Source of the DNA: an uncultured bacterium | GTDB taxonomy: Bacteria; Actinomycetota; Acidimicrobiia; Spongiisociales; UBA5794 | Assembly: GCA_963801165.1 (NCBI GenBank) | Contig: CAWDDT010000011.1 | Span: 224,001 to 288,000, forward strand | Direction of reading: 5' to 3' | DNA: 64,000 nucleotides | In this document: piece by piece, positions 39,531-47,993 of the stretch | Layout: every line of letters starts with the position of its first letter | Position numbering within the stretch: position 1 is the first letter of the stretch | The notes under the pieces: generated by a model | Databases searched by the model: none | The model's input: only the letters and a program-made list of their open reading frames with translations | What the model was told of the DNA's origin: nothing | Program-made: the position numbers and the translations under genes

Positions 39531-40465
39531 TGGCGGGACTACCTGATCACATACTGCGTCGCTCCGCCGAGGCACGAGCCAAAGCGGAAGGTCGTGACGT
39601 CGAAGAGGTGTTCGCCGAGATGAAGGGGGAGGCGCCTCCCCAACCAGCGGCACCCGCAGAACCAGCAGCGACACCGGCAGAGACCGAACCAACGCCCTCC
39701 GTGGCGGAACCAGAGCCACCGGCGGTCGCCGAGCCCGCGTCGGTACCGGCGGCCGGCAGCGCGGCACGCGACCTCGAGGCCGAATCGAAACAATACGGAG
39801 TGCCGGTCCGGATCTTGCAGCGAGCCATGGAAGCCCGCGCCCGGCGGGAAGGCCGGGAGCTGGTAACGGCAGGGGCACCGGCAGCGCAAGCTGCCACGGC
39901 AGCGGCCGCGACCCCAACCGGCCCGGCCGCGTCAGCCGCGGTCGCGGCGGCACCGGTTATCCCCGAGGGTGTGACCACCCAGCGTTTGCTAACGGTGGTC
40001 AAGGCCGGAGCGATCCAGCAGGTCAAGAGCACCCCGACCGACAAGGTCAGCGTGTGGCCTCACCTGCTTGCGATCGAGTTCGTGGCGCTCATGGTCGTCC
40101 TGGGCGGTCTCATCGTTTTCTCGGTGTTCGTCAACGCTCCGCTTCTCGAGCTCGCCAACTTCAACGAGCAGCCCAACCCATCAAAGGCACCGTGGTACTT
40201 CCTCGGTCTTCAGGAGATGCTCTCCTACTTCGACCCGCAGGTCGCAGGTGTGCTCATTCCCGGTTTCGGTCTGGTGGCATTGGGCATGATCCCCTATGTG
40301 GACAAGAACCCTGCGGTCAAACCATCCGACCGAAAGCTCGCGATCATGATCTTCAGCTTCTTCCTCTTCGGAGCCTCGATTCTCACCATCTACGGTTCGT
40401 TTTTCCGGGGCCCCGGTTTCAACTTCGTGTTCCCGTGGCGGGACGGGATCTTCTTCGACTTCTGA
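39530..40465 (+). CDS. Subunit IV (PetD-like) of the Rieske/cytochrome b complex with long N-terminal extension
   Basis: VWPHLL, PNPSKAPWYFLGLQE, IPYVD; three TM; TAATG coupling to cytochrome b. Confidence 0.85.
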   Translation: MAGLPDHILRRSAEARAKAEGRDVEEVFAEMKGEAPPQPAAPAEPAATPAETEPTPSVAEPEPPAVAEPASVPAAGSAARDLEAESKQYGVPVRILQRAMEARARREGRELVTAGAPAAQAATAAAATPTGPAASAAVAAAPVIPEGVTTQRLLTVVKAGAIQQVKSTPTDKVSVWPHLLAIEFVALMVVLGGLIVFSVFVNAPLLELANFNEQPNPSKAPWYFLGLQEMLSYFDPQVAGVLIPGFGLVALGMIPYVDKNPAVKPSDRKLAIMIFSFFLFGASILTIYGSFFRGPGFNFVFPWRDGIFFDF

Positions 40466-40481
40466 GTAAAGGACCAGGCAA

Positions 40482-41318
40482 TTGGATGCAACGACAATCC
40501 TGACAATCGCCCTGATCGGCGTCGGGGTCGTGGTCGCGGCCGGGGTGGTTGCAGTGGCCTGGCGCCGCGGGCCGAGTGCGTCGCCGATCGTAGGCGAGTT
40601 CGACCGAGCTGCCGCCAAGCGCGACGTGTCCGCACAGGCCGCCATCGAGACCCAGGACGAGGCCACCGTGGTGGCGGAACATGTCGAGGACGAGCCGATC
40701 ATCATCGCCGACAACCGCAAGGTCGTATCCCCCGAGGAGCTCGGTGTGACCCGCCGGATGTTCCTCAACCGGTCCGCCTTCGGGCTCTTTGTCGGCGGGT
40801 TCTTCGCGACACTCGGTATATCGATCCTCGACTTCATGTGGCCAAAGCTCAAGGGCGGCTTCGGCACGAAGGTCAACCTTGGCCTGCTCGATGACCTACG
40901 GACGCAGGTCCTGCCGGGCGACGGCACCATTCACCCACTGTTCGTGCCCGAGGCGCAGACGTGGCTCGTGCCGATGGACGCAAAAGACATCCCCGGATCG
41001 TCGTTCGAGGGTCTGCCGGTGGTTGTCGGCACCGACGGTGGCAACACCGGGCTGATGTCGCTGTGGCAGAAGTGCGTCCACCTCGGCTGTCGGGTACCCG
41101 ATTGCTCGTCCTCGCAGGGTTTCGAGTGCCCGTGTCACGGCTCCAAGTACAACTACCACGGTGAGTACGAGGCGGGGCCGGCACCGCGCAATCTCGATCG
41201 GTTCACCGTCTCGGTCGACGATGCCGGCAACATGATCGCCGACACCGGAGCGGTGATAAAGACGCCGCGAGCCAAGCACAAGACCATCGCCTATCCCCAG
41301 GGGCCGTCCTGCCTGTGA
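40482..41318 (+). CDS. Rieske [2Fe-2S] protein
   Basis: Internal Tat motif VTRRMFL, CVHLGC, FECPCHGSKY, GPAPRNL. Confidence 0.92.
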   Translation: MDATTILTIALIGVGVVVAAGVVAVAWRRGPSASPIVGEFDRAAAKRDVSAQAAIETQDEATVVAEHVEDEPIIIADNRKVVSPEELGVTRRMFLNRSAFGLFVGGFFATLGISILDFMWPKLKGGFGTKVNLGLLDDLRTQVLPGDGTIHPLFVPEAQTWLVPMDAKDIPGSSFEGLPVVVGTDGGNTGLMSLWQKCVHLGCRVPDCSSSQGFECPCHGSKYNYHGEYEAGPAPRNLDRFTVSVDDAGNMIADTGAVIKTPRAKHKTIAYPQGPSCL

Positions 41319-42913
41319 GCGCACATCTCGCACCACTCATCGCAACTGCAGAATCTCAGCCCGCGGGACCGGTCCACGTCGGGCTCGGGTCGGTTGTGCT
41401 CCTCATCGCCGTCGTCTTCTTCCTGACCTGGGTCGGCTACGGCATCATCAACTCCCGCCGGCGTATCCGGGCCTCGGAGAAGCCGGCGCCAAACCAAGAG
41501 TTCTTCATGGACAACGCCCGGTTGGAGAACGACCGGCTCACCCGGGTCTTGACCGCGGCCGTCATCGCCGCCGGCGTCCTCGCCATCGTGCTGCCCCTGT
41601 ACTTCGTCAACGAGACCAACCGCCAGGCCGCAGCAGCGTCTGATATCGCCGACCAGAACGTCGAGGCAGGGGCGCAGTGGTGGTCCAAATTCAGCTGCAC
41701 CACGTGCCACGGCCCGGACGCCGGAGGTGGCGGCGCCACAATCGCAGAACCGCGCTCGGGCCTGAGCGTCAGCTGGGCGGTACCGTCGCTCAACGATGTC
41801 TTCTACCGGTACGACGAGTCCGAGGTGCGGCATTGGATCACATACGGCCGAGCCGGAACCCCCATGCCGGCCAACGGTCTCGAAGGTGGCGGCGCGATGA
41901 CCGTCCAGGAGATCGACCAGGTCATCGCCTATCTGCACAGCATCCAGATCGACCAGGCCGACGCGGTGGCGAAGGCCGACAGCATTGTCGAGACCGCACT
42001 CAACCGGATGGCCAATGCCGAGGACACCATCAACACCAGGATCCTGATCGAGCAGACGAAGCTCGACGACATTCTCGATGGTCCTCGCCGGTTCGGTGTC
42101 ATCCAGAGCATGCCCGACGACATCATCCAGCTGCTCAGCGGAGACGGGACGTGCACGAGCGCCTCAGCGGCGCTGGTCGGCAAGACCTGCGGCTCTCCCG
42201 GCTTCGACGCCGACCGTGACGGCCTCAGCGACGAAGCCGAGACCGGGCTGACCGCGATCGCACAGAAGGCATTTGCCGAGATCGTCACACACACGGTCGA
42301 CACAGCCAATGCCAACGCGATCATTGAGGTCACTGACAAGGGTTTCGATCTGACCTTCGACCCCGCATCCGGGTACACGATGACCGACTCATCGGGAAGC
42401 CCGCTGGCCGACGTGGATGGAGTCAAGGGGATGATCACGCTCATCGATGCCAAGCATCTCGAGCTGTCGCTGCTCAACGATCGCACGGACCAGTTCGCCC
42501 AGCCGGTGCGTGACGGGCTCGCTTTCCTACAGAAGGCACTGGAGCAACGGGCCTGGGACGTCGACTTCGCCGCGGTATCCGACGAGATAGGACTCAGCGA
42601 GGACCAGGCCAAGCGGGCCGTCGGCCTGTTCAACGGATACTGTGCCCGCTGCCACACAGCCGGTTACAACGCCGGTGTTGCCTATGAGCAGGCACCCGGT
42701 TCGGGTGCATGGGCGCCGGCGTTGACCCAGGGACGTGCTATCACCCAGTTCCCGGACGAGCAGGACCACATCAATTTCGTCATCAACGGAACGGAGGCTG
42801 CCAAGGAGTACGGCGTCAACGGGATCAGCAGCGTCGGCGGCATGCCGGGATGGGGAGCTCTGCTTTCTCAGGATGACATCGATTTGATCGTCAAGTATGA
42901 GAGGTCGCTGTGA
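41315..42913 (+). CDS. Membrane-anchored diheme cytochrome c
   Basis: Two TM; CTTCH...TPMP and CARCH...GMP; DADRDG motif in the central insert. Confidence 0.88.
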   Translation: MSAHLAPLIATAESQPAGPVHVGLGSVVLLIAVVFFLTWVGYGIINSRRRIRASEKPAPNQEFFMDNARLENDRLTRVLTAAVIAAGVLAIVLPLYFVNETNRQAAAASDIADQNVEAGAQWWSKFSCTTCHGPDAGGGGATIAEPRSGLSVSWAVPSLNDVFYRYDESEVRHWITYGRAGTPMPANGLEGGGAMTVQEIDQVIAYLHSIQIDQADAVAKADSIVETALNRMANAEDTINTRILIEQTKLDDILDGPRRFGVIQSMPDDIIQLLSGDGTCTSASAALVGKTCGSPGFDADRDGLSDEAETGLTAIAQKAFAEIVTHTVDTANANAIIEVTDKGFDLTFDPASGYTMTDSSGSPLADVDGVKGMITLIDAKHLELSLLNDRTDQFAQPVRDGLAFLQKALEQRAWDVDFAAVSDEIGLSEDQAKRAVGLFNGYCARCHTAGYNAGVAYEQAPGSGAWAPALTQGRAITQFPDEQDHINFVINGTEAAKEYGVNGISSVGGMPGWGALLSQDDIDLIVKYERSL

Positions 42914-43419
42914 GCCTGCGGAGCTTCACCAGGAACCTGGCCAGCGATGAACGCGGCATGAGCACCCTCGAGAAGATGGGTCTGTTCTCCGCCGTCTTCG
43001 TGATTCTGATCTTCATCCCCGCGGTGCGCCACGTCTTCGGCAGCCTCTTCAACGTGACCCTCGGCCAGGTCGACGCTAACGGGGATCTCACGGGCGCCGC
43101 CGTCGCGATGCGGGGCATCCTCATCGTGGCGGTCGCGCTGGTCGCCTTTGCCGGCTCCGGGATCCTCCTGCTCTACACGAACCTGGGAAAACGACTTGCC
43201 TTCCTGATCGCCGGCGCTGCCACCTTCGGTTGGATGGCCATAGGCTCCACCTTGTTCATCGTCTATGCGCCCCGCGCCCTGCGCCCCGCCAACCTGACAG
43301 GTCTAAACGCGTTCCAGTTCCGTGTCCCGGCAATCGCGCTCACTCTGGGGACATTCATCCTGTTCTTGATGTTCGTCGCGGCCCTGGACCGGTACGACAA
43401 GGAACAGGGCGACGTCTGA
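42910..43419 (+). CDS. Membrane protein with Flp/prepilin-like N-terminus
   Basis: SDERG-MSTLE followed by a hydrophobic helix; about four TM; GTGA overlap with the cytochrome c gene. Confidence 0.7.
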   Translation: MSLRSFTRNLASDERGMSTLEKMGLFSAVFVILIFIPAVRHVFGSLFNVTLGQVDANGDLTGAAVAMRGILIVAVALVAFAGSGILLLYTNLGKRLAFLIAGAATFGWMAIGSTLFIVYAPRALRPANLTGLNAFQFRVPAIALTLGTFILFLMFVAALDRYDKEQGDV

Positions 43420-43477
43420 TCGTCGCCTTCGGTGGCGATCAGATTCGAGATCCGCTTCGCTGAACCCGGTTCGTAGG

Positions 43478-44803
43478 TCAGCGCCTCGCCTGCTCGATGA
43501 TGGGCCGCAGCAACTCTTCCAGCGACGGGCCCTTCCTCACCTCTAGCTCGTAGAAGACCCGGGTCCGGGGGACGTCACCGAGGTCGACGACACCGGCCAG
43601 ATCGATGGGGGTCCCGATGACGATGCCTTCGGGCGCTGCCGCGGCGATCGTCTCCTGCAGCTCCTTGCGTTGCACGTCGCTGTAGCCCATCGCCGGCAAC
43701 ACCGCGCCGATGTGGGGGTACTTCTCGAATACCCCGACCAGCGAGCCCACCACAAAAGGTCGCGGGTCGATGAGCTCGCCGGCACCGTGTTGGCGGGCGG
43801 CGACGACACCCGCACCGAACGGCATCTCACCGTGAGTGATGGTCGGCCCGTCGTCGAGGACCAGCACCCGCTTGCCCGTGATCACCGATGGATCGTCGAC
43901 GGCGATCGGTGAGGCAGCCTCGATCACTGTGGCACGGGGCGCCAGCGCGGCAACGTTGCGACGCACCTCGGCGAGCCCGTCGGCCGGTGCCGAGTCGACC
44001 TTGTTGATGATCACGACGTCTGCTCTACGCAGGTTCGCCTCGCCCGGCCAGTAGCGCAGCTCGTGCCCGGCCCGGAACGGATCGACGACACAGAAACCGA
44101 GGTCGACGTGATAGAAGGGCAGATCGTTGTTGCCGCCGTCCCAGACGATCACATCGGCTTCCTGCTCGGCGGCCGCAAGGATCTCGCCGTAGTCGACCCC
44201 GGCGAAGATGACCGCCCCCTGACGGACGTACGGCTCGTATTCCTCGCGCTCCTCGATCGTGACGTCGGCGGCATCGAGATCGGCGAACGAGCCGAACCGC
44301 TGCAGCCTTTGCGCGTTCAGATCGCCGTAGGGCATCGGGTGCCGGATGGCCGCCACCCGGATCCCGGCGTCGGTCAGGATTGTCCTAATGAGCCGGCTCG
44401 TCTGACTCTTGCCGGCACCGGTCCTCGTCGCAGTGATGGCCACTACAGGTTTGTTCGACCGTATCAGTGCCGCGTCACCAGGGACACCAAACGATGCCCC
44501 CGCAGCGACGGATCTGGCTGCAAGATGCATCACGTGCTCGTGAGTGACGTCCGAGTAGGAGAACAAGACGTGATCGACGTCGAGTTCTCCGATCAGCCGT
44601 TCCAGGTCGTCCTCGGCGAAGATCGGGACCCCTTCCGGATAGAGACGACCTGCCAGCTCCGGCGGGTAGATCCGGTCGGTGATGTCGGGGATCTGAGTTG
44701 CGGTGAACCCCACGACGCGGTAGTCGGGATTGTCCCGGTAGAGCGTATTGAAGTTGTGGAAGTCACGTCCGGCCGCACCAAGAATCAACACCCGAGTCGT
44801 CAT
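43478..44803 (-). CDS. Cyclic 2,3-diphosphoglycerate synthetase-like P-loop NTPase
   Basis: GAAGRDFHNFN, RTGAGKSQ, RHPMPYG, TIEEREEYE, WDGGNND, INKVD. Confidence 0.85.
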   Translation of the reverse strand: MTTRVLILGAAGRDFHNFNTLYRDNPDYRVVGFTATQIPDITDRIYPPELAGRLYPEGVPIFAEDDLERLIGELDVDHVLFSYSDVTHEHVMHLAARSVAAGASFGVPGDAALIRSNKPVVAITATRTGAGKSQTSRLIRTILTDAGIRVAAIRHPMPYGDLNAQRLQRFGSFADLDAADVTIEEREEYEPYVRQGAVIFAGVDYGEILAAAEQEADVIVWDGGNNDLPFYHVDLGFCVVDPFRAGHELRYWPGEANLRRADVVIINKVDSAPADGLAEVRRNVAALAPRATVIEAASPIAVDDPSVITGKRVLVLDDGPTITHGEMPFGAGVVAARQHGAGELIDPRPFVVGSLVGVFEKYPHIGAVLPAMGYSDVQRKELQETIAAAAPEGIVIGTPIDLAGVVDLGDVPRTRVFYELEVRKGPSLEELLRPIIEQARR

Positions 44804-44922
44804 CACGCCTCCTGCGCTCTATACATTTATGCAGTATGGCACGATGGAGGGGGAAAGGGAACGGGCCATAAGGCCCTTTGCCCGGATCGTCAGGGTGAGA
44901 GTCTGAACCGCTCCCACGGGAT

Positions 44923-45561
44923 CTACTCGCTGTGCACGTAGTCGCCGACGCTCAAGTGGTAGGCGAGGATCTGGAGCTCCGTTGACAGGTCGACCCTACG
45001 TACATGCGCCTCACCACAAACCTTGAGGACAGCGGGCGCGAAGTTGAGGATCGATAGGACGCCGGCCGCGACCAATCTGTCGGCGACACCCTGGGCAGCA
45101 GCGGCCGGTGTGGCGATGATTCCAATCGAGACGTTCTGGTCACGAACCGTCTGCTCCAGATCCTCCATCGAGGAGACCAGGACCGAGTTCACCAGATCCC
45201 CCACCTTCATCCCGTCGATATCGAACAGCGCGACGATCTCGAAGCCGCTTTCCAGGAAGCCCGGATAGACGGTCAACGCACGGCCCAGATTGCCCGCACC
45301 GACAATCGCAACGCGGTAGCACCTGGTCAGGCCGAGCTCGCGGCGGAGCAGGTTTCGCAACATCGAGCGGTTGTACCCGACGCCGCGCACACCAGGTGCG
45401 GCGAGATACGAAAGGTCTTTGCGAACCTGCGCAGGGTTGACCCCGGCGAGAAGCGCCAGGTCATCTGACGAGCATGTCGTCCGATCGGCGTCCATCTCGA
45501 TCAGCGAGCGCAGATACAACGGCAATCGCGCCACGGTCGCCGCGGGCAGGCTTCCCTTCAT
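44923..45561 (-). CDS. rex: Redox-sensing transcriptional repressor Rex
   Basis: ATVARLPLYLR, QVRKDLS, GVRGVGY, VGAGNLGRAL, ILNFAP. Confidence 0.93.
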   Translation of the reverse strand: MKGSLPAATVARLPLYLRSLIEMDADRTTCSSDDLALLAGVNPAQVRKDLSYLAAPGVRGVGYNRSMLRNLLRRELGLTRCYRVAIVGAGNLGRALTVYPGFLESGFEIVALFDIDGMKVGDLVNSVLVSSMEDLEQTVRDQNVSIGIIATPAAAAQGVADRLVAAGVLSILNFAPAVLKVCGEAHVRRVDLSTELQILAYHLSVGDYVHSE

Positions 45562-45727
45562 GAGGTTGAGGGTAGTGGCGCGCACGTTGGGCCAAATCCC
45601 GGCAGCGACAGCGCACGAGGTCCACGCCCATCGGGGACTTTCGGCCCTAATGCGCCAATGCGCATACCACTATTTTCGCTGCCGGGTGCTTCTGCGCCAG
45701 GTGGAATGAGACCGTGGGGAAGAGACC

Positions 45728-46135
45728 ATGCCAAGGAAACTGCTGATTCTGATCGCCGTAGCGGCACTCGCTTTCGCCTCGTGTGGCGGGGGCGACAAGG
45801 ACGCGGACGACTCGGGCGGTGCCAGCGACGCACCCCCGGTTTCGGTAGCGGCACCCGACGCGGGCCATGGCGAGGAGCTGTTCGAGGCGACGTGTCTGGC
45901 TTGCCACGGTCAGCGCGGTGTAGGGATTGCAGGTCTCGGCAAGGACATGCAGACGAGCACGTTCATCAGGGGCATATCCGATGAGGATCTCGTCGCGTTC
46001 GTCACCAAGGGCCGGCCCACAAGCGATCCGCTGAACACGACAGGTGTCGAGATGCCGGCGCGAGGCGGAAACAAGGACCTCAGCGATCAGGATCTGTTCG
46101 ACATCGTTGCGTACATTCGGACGGTGCAGTCGTAA
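45728..46135 (+). CDS. Monoheme cytochrome c lipoprotein
   Basis: Lipobox FASC; CLACH; MPARGG. Confidence 0.88.
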   Translation: MPRKLLILIAVAALAFASCGGGDKDADDSGGASDAPPVSVAAPDAGHGEELFEATCLACHGQRGVGIAGLGKDMQTSTFIRGISDEDLVAFVTKGRPTSDPLNTTGVEMPARGGNKDLSDQDLFDIVAYIRTVQS

Positions 46136-46202
46136 CCACAACGCATTATGAGACCGTTGAAGAACCCAAGTTCAGGCGCGCGGCCGCCGGCCCTCTGTTG
46201 CT

Positions 46203-46472
46203 TCAGGACCGCCACAAGGCCCAAACCAGCTGCGCCGTAGTAAACGTCCCCTCCGCAACGACCCGGCCGCGTTGGTCGAGCACGACCGGGATTCTCAGGT
46301 GGTACTCATCCTCGAGAGCGCGGTCCGTGCTGACGTCGCTCACCACTACGTCACGCCGGAGCCAGCGACACACCCGGCGGACCCTGGGCAACGCCTCGTC
46401 GCACAGCCCGCACCCGGGACGGGTCAGGAACACGATGTGCCTGCGCCGCCGACCCGCGCTCGGAGCATCCAT
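46203..46472 (-). CDS. Glutaredoxin-like (DUF836) protein
   Basis: TRPGCGLCDEA, EYHLRIPVV. Confidence 0.8.
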   Translation of the reverse strand: MDAPSAGRRRRHIVFLTRPGCGLCDEALPRVRRVCRWLRRDVVVSDVSTDRALEDEYHLRIPVVLDQRGRVVAEGTFTTAQLVWALWRS

Positions 46473-46541
46473 TAGGGTGTCCCGACCATGCGACCCGCCA
46501 CAGCCGCCGTGCTCCTCTTCCTCCTCGTGCTCATCCTCGGC

Positions 46542-47405
46542 TCATCGCTGATCTGGATGACCAGGAGCTTCTGAGACACCCGCGATCCGCAGCGAGGGCA
46601 AGCCGGAGCGGATGGTCACCGCCGTCTTCTCCCCCACCGGGAACGAGTCGACCGCTCTCCCATTGCGGACCGCTACCGCGATCTGGCCATAGCTGTCCAC
46701 GTGGAGCAGGCCCTCCCCCTCCTCGACATCGCCGTAGGCGGCGACCCAATCGATCGCGAACTCCGCAGCTCCCACCTTCAAGACCGCGGCGGTTCGCATC
46801 CCGATGCCGACGAGCTGCAGATCATCGGGCGTGATGTTGAGCTGTGCATTTCCGAAGTGGTCGACCCACAACACCTCCCCTGTCACGCTTCTCTCTTCGT
46901 GCTGGACGAGCGGCAACGTCATCGGGGTCAGCGCGTTGGTGTCGACTGCCGGTCCGAGCTCCTCCAGTGTGGCCTGGCCGCCGGCGATCACGGCCGCCGC
47001 AGGACCAAAAAGGTCACGCCCGTCGAACGTCGCTCCCGGCGCAGGCAACTTGACCTCAGGGTTCTCGATCGAGACGGCGCGGCGCGCCCCGCCCGCCATC
47101 GCCGCCGCGGGAGCGAGGACGCCGTTGTCGGGTCCGATCAGCACCCCCCACTCAGTGTCCACCGCAATCGCCTTCCGGCCGGTTCCCACTCCCGGGTCGA
47201 TGACGACGAGTGCCACCCCCTGCGGCAGGTATTGGATCGCCCGCATCAGGGCCAGTCCGCCGGCGCGGACATCGCCCTGAGCAAACTCGTGACCGATGTC
47301 GATGACCCTCACCTCGGGGGCGATGCGGGCGATGACGCCATGGACGACACCAACAAACTCGTCGTCGTGGCCGAAGTCCGACATGAAGGAGATGGGAACG
47401 TTCAT
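46542..47405 (-). CDS. SAM hydroxide/halide adenosyltransferase family (DUF62)
   Basis: SDFG, VIDPGVGTGR, GPDNG, TFDGRDLF, VDHFGN, DSYG. Confidence 0.9.
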   Translation of the reverse strand: MNVPISFMSDFGHDDEFVGVVHGVIARIAPEVRVIDIGHEFAQGDVRAGGLALMRAIQYLPQGVALVVIDPGVGTGRKAIAVDTEWGVLIGPDNGVLAPAAAMAGGARRAVSIENPEVKLPAPGATFDGRDLFGPAAAVIAGGQATLEELGPAVDTNALTPMTLPLVQHEERSVTGEVLWVDHFGNAQLNITPDDLQLVGIGMRTAAVLKVGAAEFAIDWVAAYGDVEEGEGLLHVDSYGQIAVAVRNGRAVDSFPVGEKTAVTIRSGLPSLRIAGVSEAPGHPDQR

Positions 47406-47430
47406 CGGCCCGATCCTAGGAGTGCCACGA

Positions 47431-47832
47431 TCAGGTGGTCACGGTCAGCTCCACCTTGATGCGGTCGGGATCCTCGAAGAACACCGCATAGCTGTCACCA
47501 CCCCCGGCATTCGGATGCCGGTCCGGATAAAGGATCGTGATGCCCCGCTCGATGAGCTGAGCCGTCAGGGCATCAACGGCCTCGCGGCTCCCGGCGTGAA
47601 ACGCCACGTGGTTGAGACCAACCCGCTTTCGGTGATAGCCCGGCGTGGCGAACTCGTCGTCGACCTGCACCAACACCAGGTACATCGCGCCGAGCCGGTA
47701 GCTGACACCACCGTCCCACTCCTGGTATCTGACGTAGCCGAGCTCGCCGAGCAACCACTCCCAGAACTTCGCCGACCGCTCGAGATTGCTCACATACAGC
47801 TCGATGTGGCTGAGCGTTCCGCGGTCCGGCAT
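47431..47832 (-). CDS. VOC/glyoxalase family protein
   Basis: HIELYV, GLNHVAF, FEDPDRIKVEL. Confidence 0.88.
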   Translation of the reverse strand: MPDRGTLSHIELYVSNLERSAKFWEWLLGELGYVRYQEWDGGVSYRLGAMYLVLVQVDDEFATPGYHRKRVGLNHVAFHAGSREAVDALTAQLIERGITILYPDRHPNAGGGDSYAVFFEDPDRIKVELTVTT

Positions 47833-47993
47833 GGTGGACAAGCTACTGCATCCCTGCGACAGCTCGGAGCACGGCTGCCCGCATGGCAGAAACTGGCGTC
47901 GATGTGCCGTTGCGGATGCACCCGCCCGCCGAAAACGCTACCTTTGGCTCCCTGGCAGCTCCGGCTGCCCACAAGGAAGGCAGGAGGCAATCC

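Noticed and set aside
44845-44920. Small hairpins with C/U-rich loops after rex (6C-like or other sRNA)
   Set aside because: Stems are short and the characteristic paired C-run loops are not clear; cannot be supported without a covariance-model search.
29441-45727. Rex operator (TTGTGAA-N4-TTCACAA) upstream of nuoA, in the 37356-37670 divergent region, or upstream of rex
   Set aside because: No convincing match was found by eye in these intergenic regions; a PWM scan would be needed.
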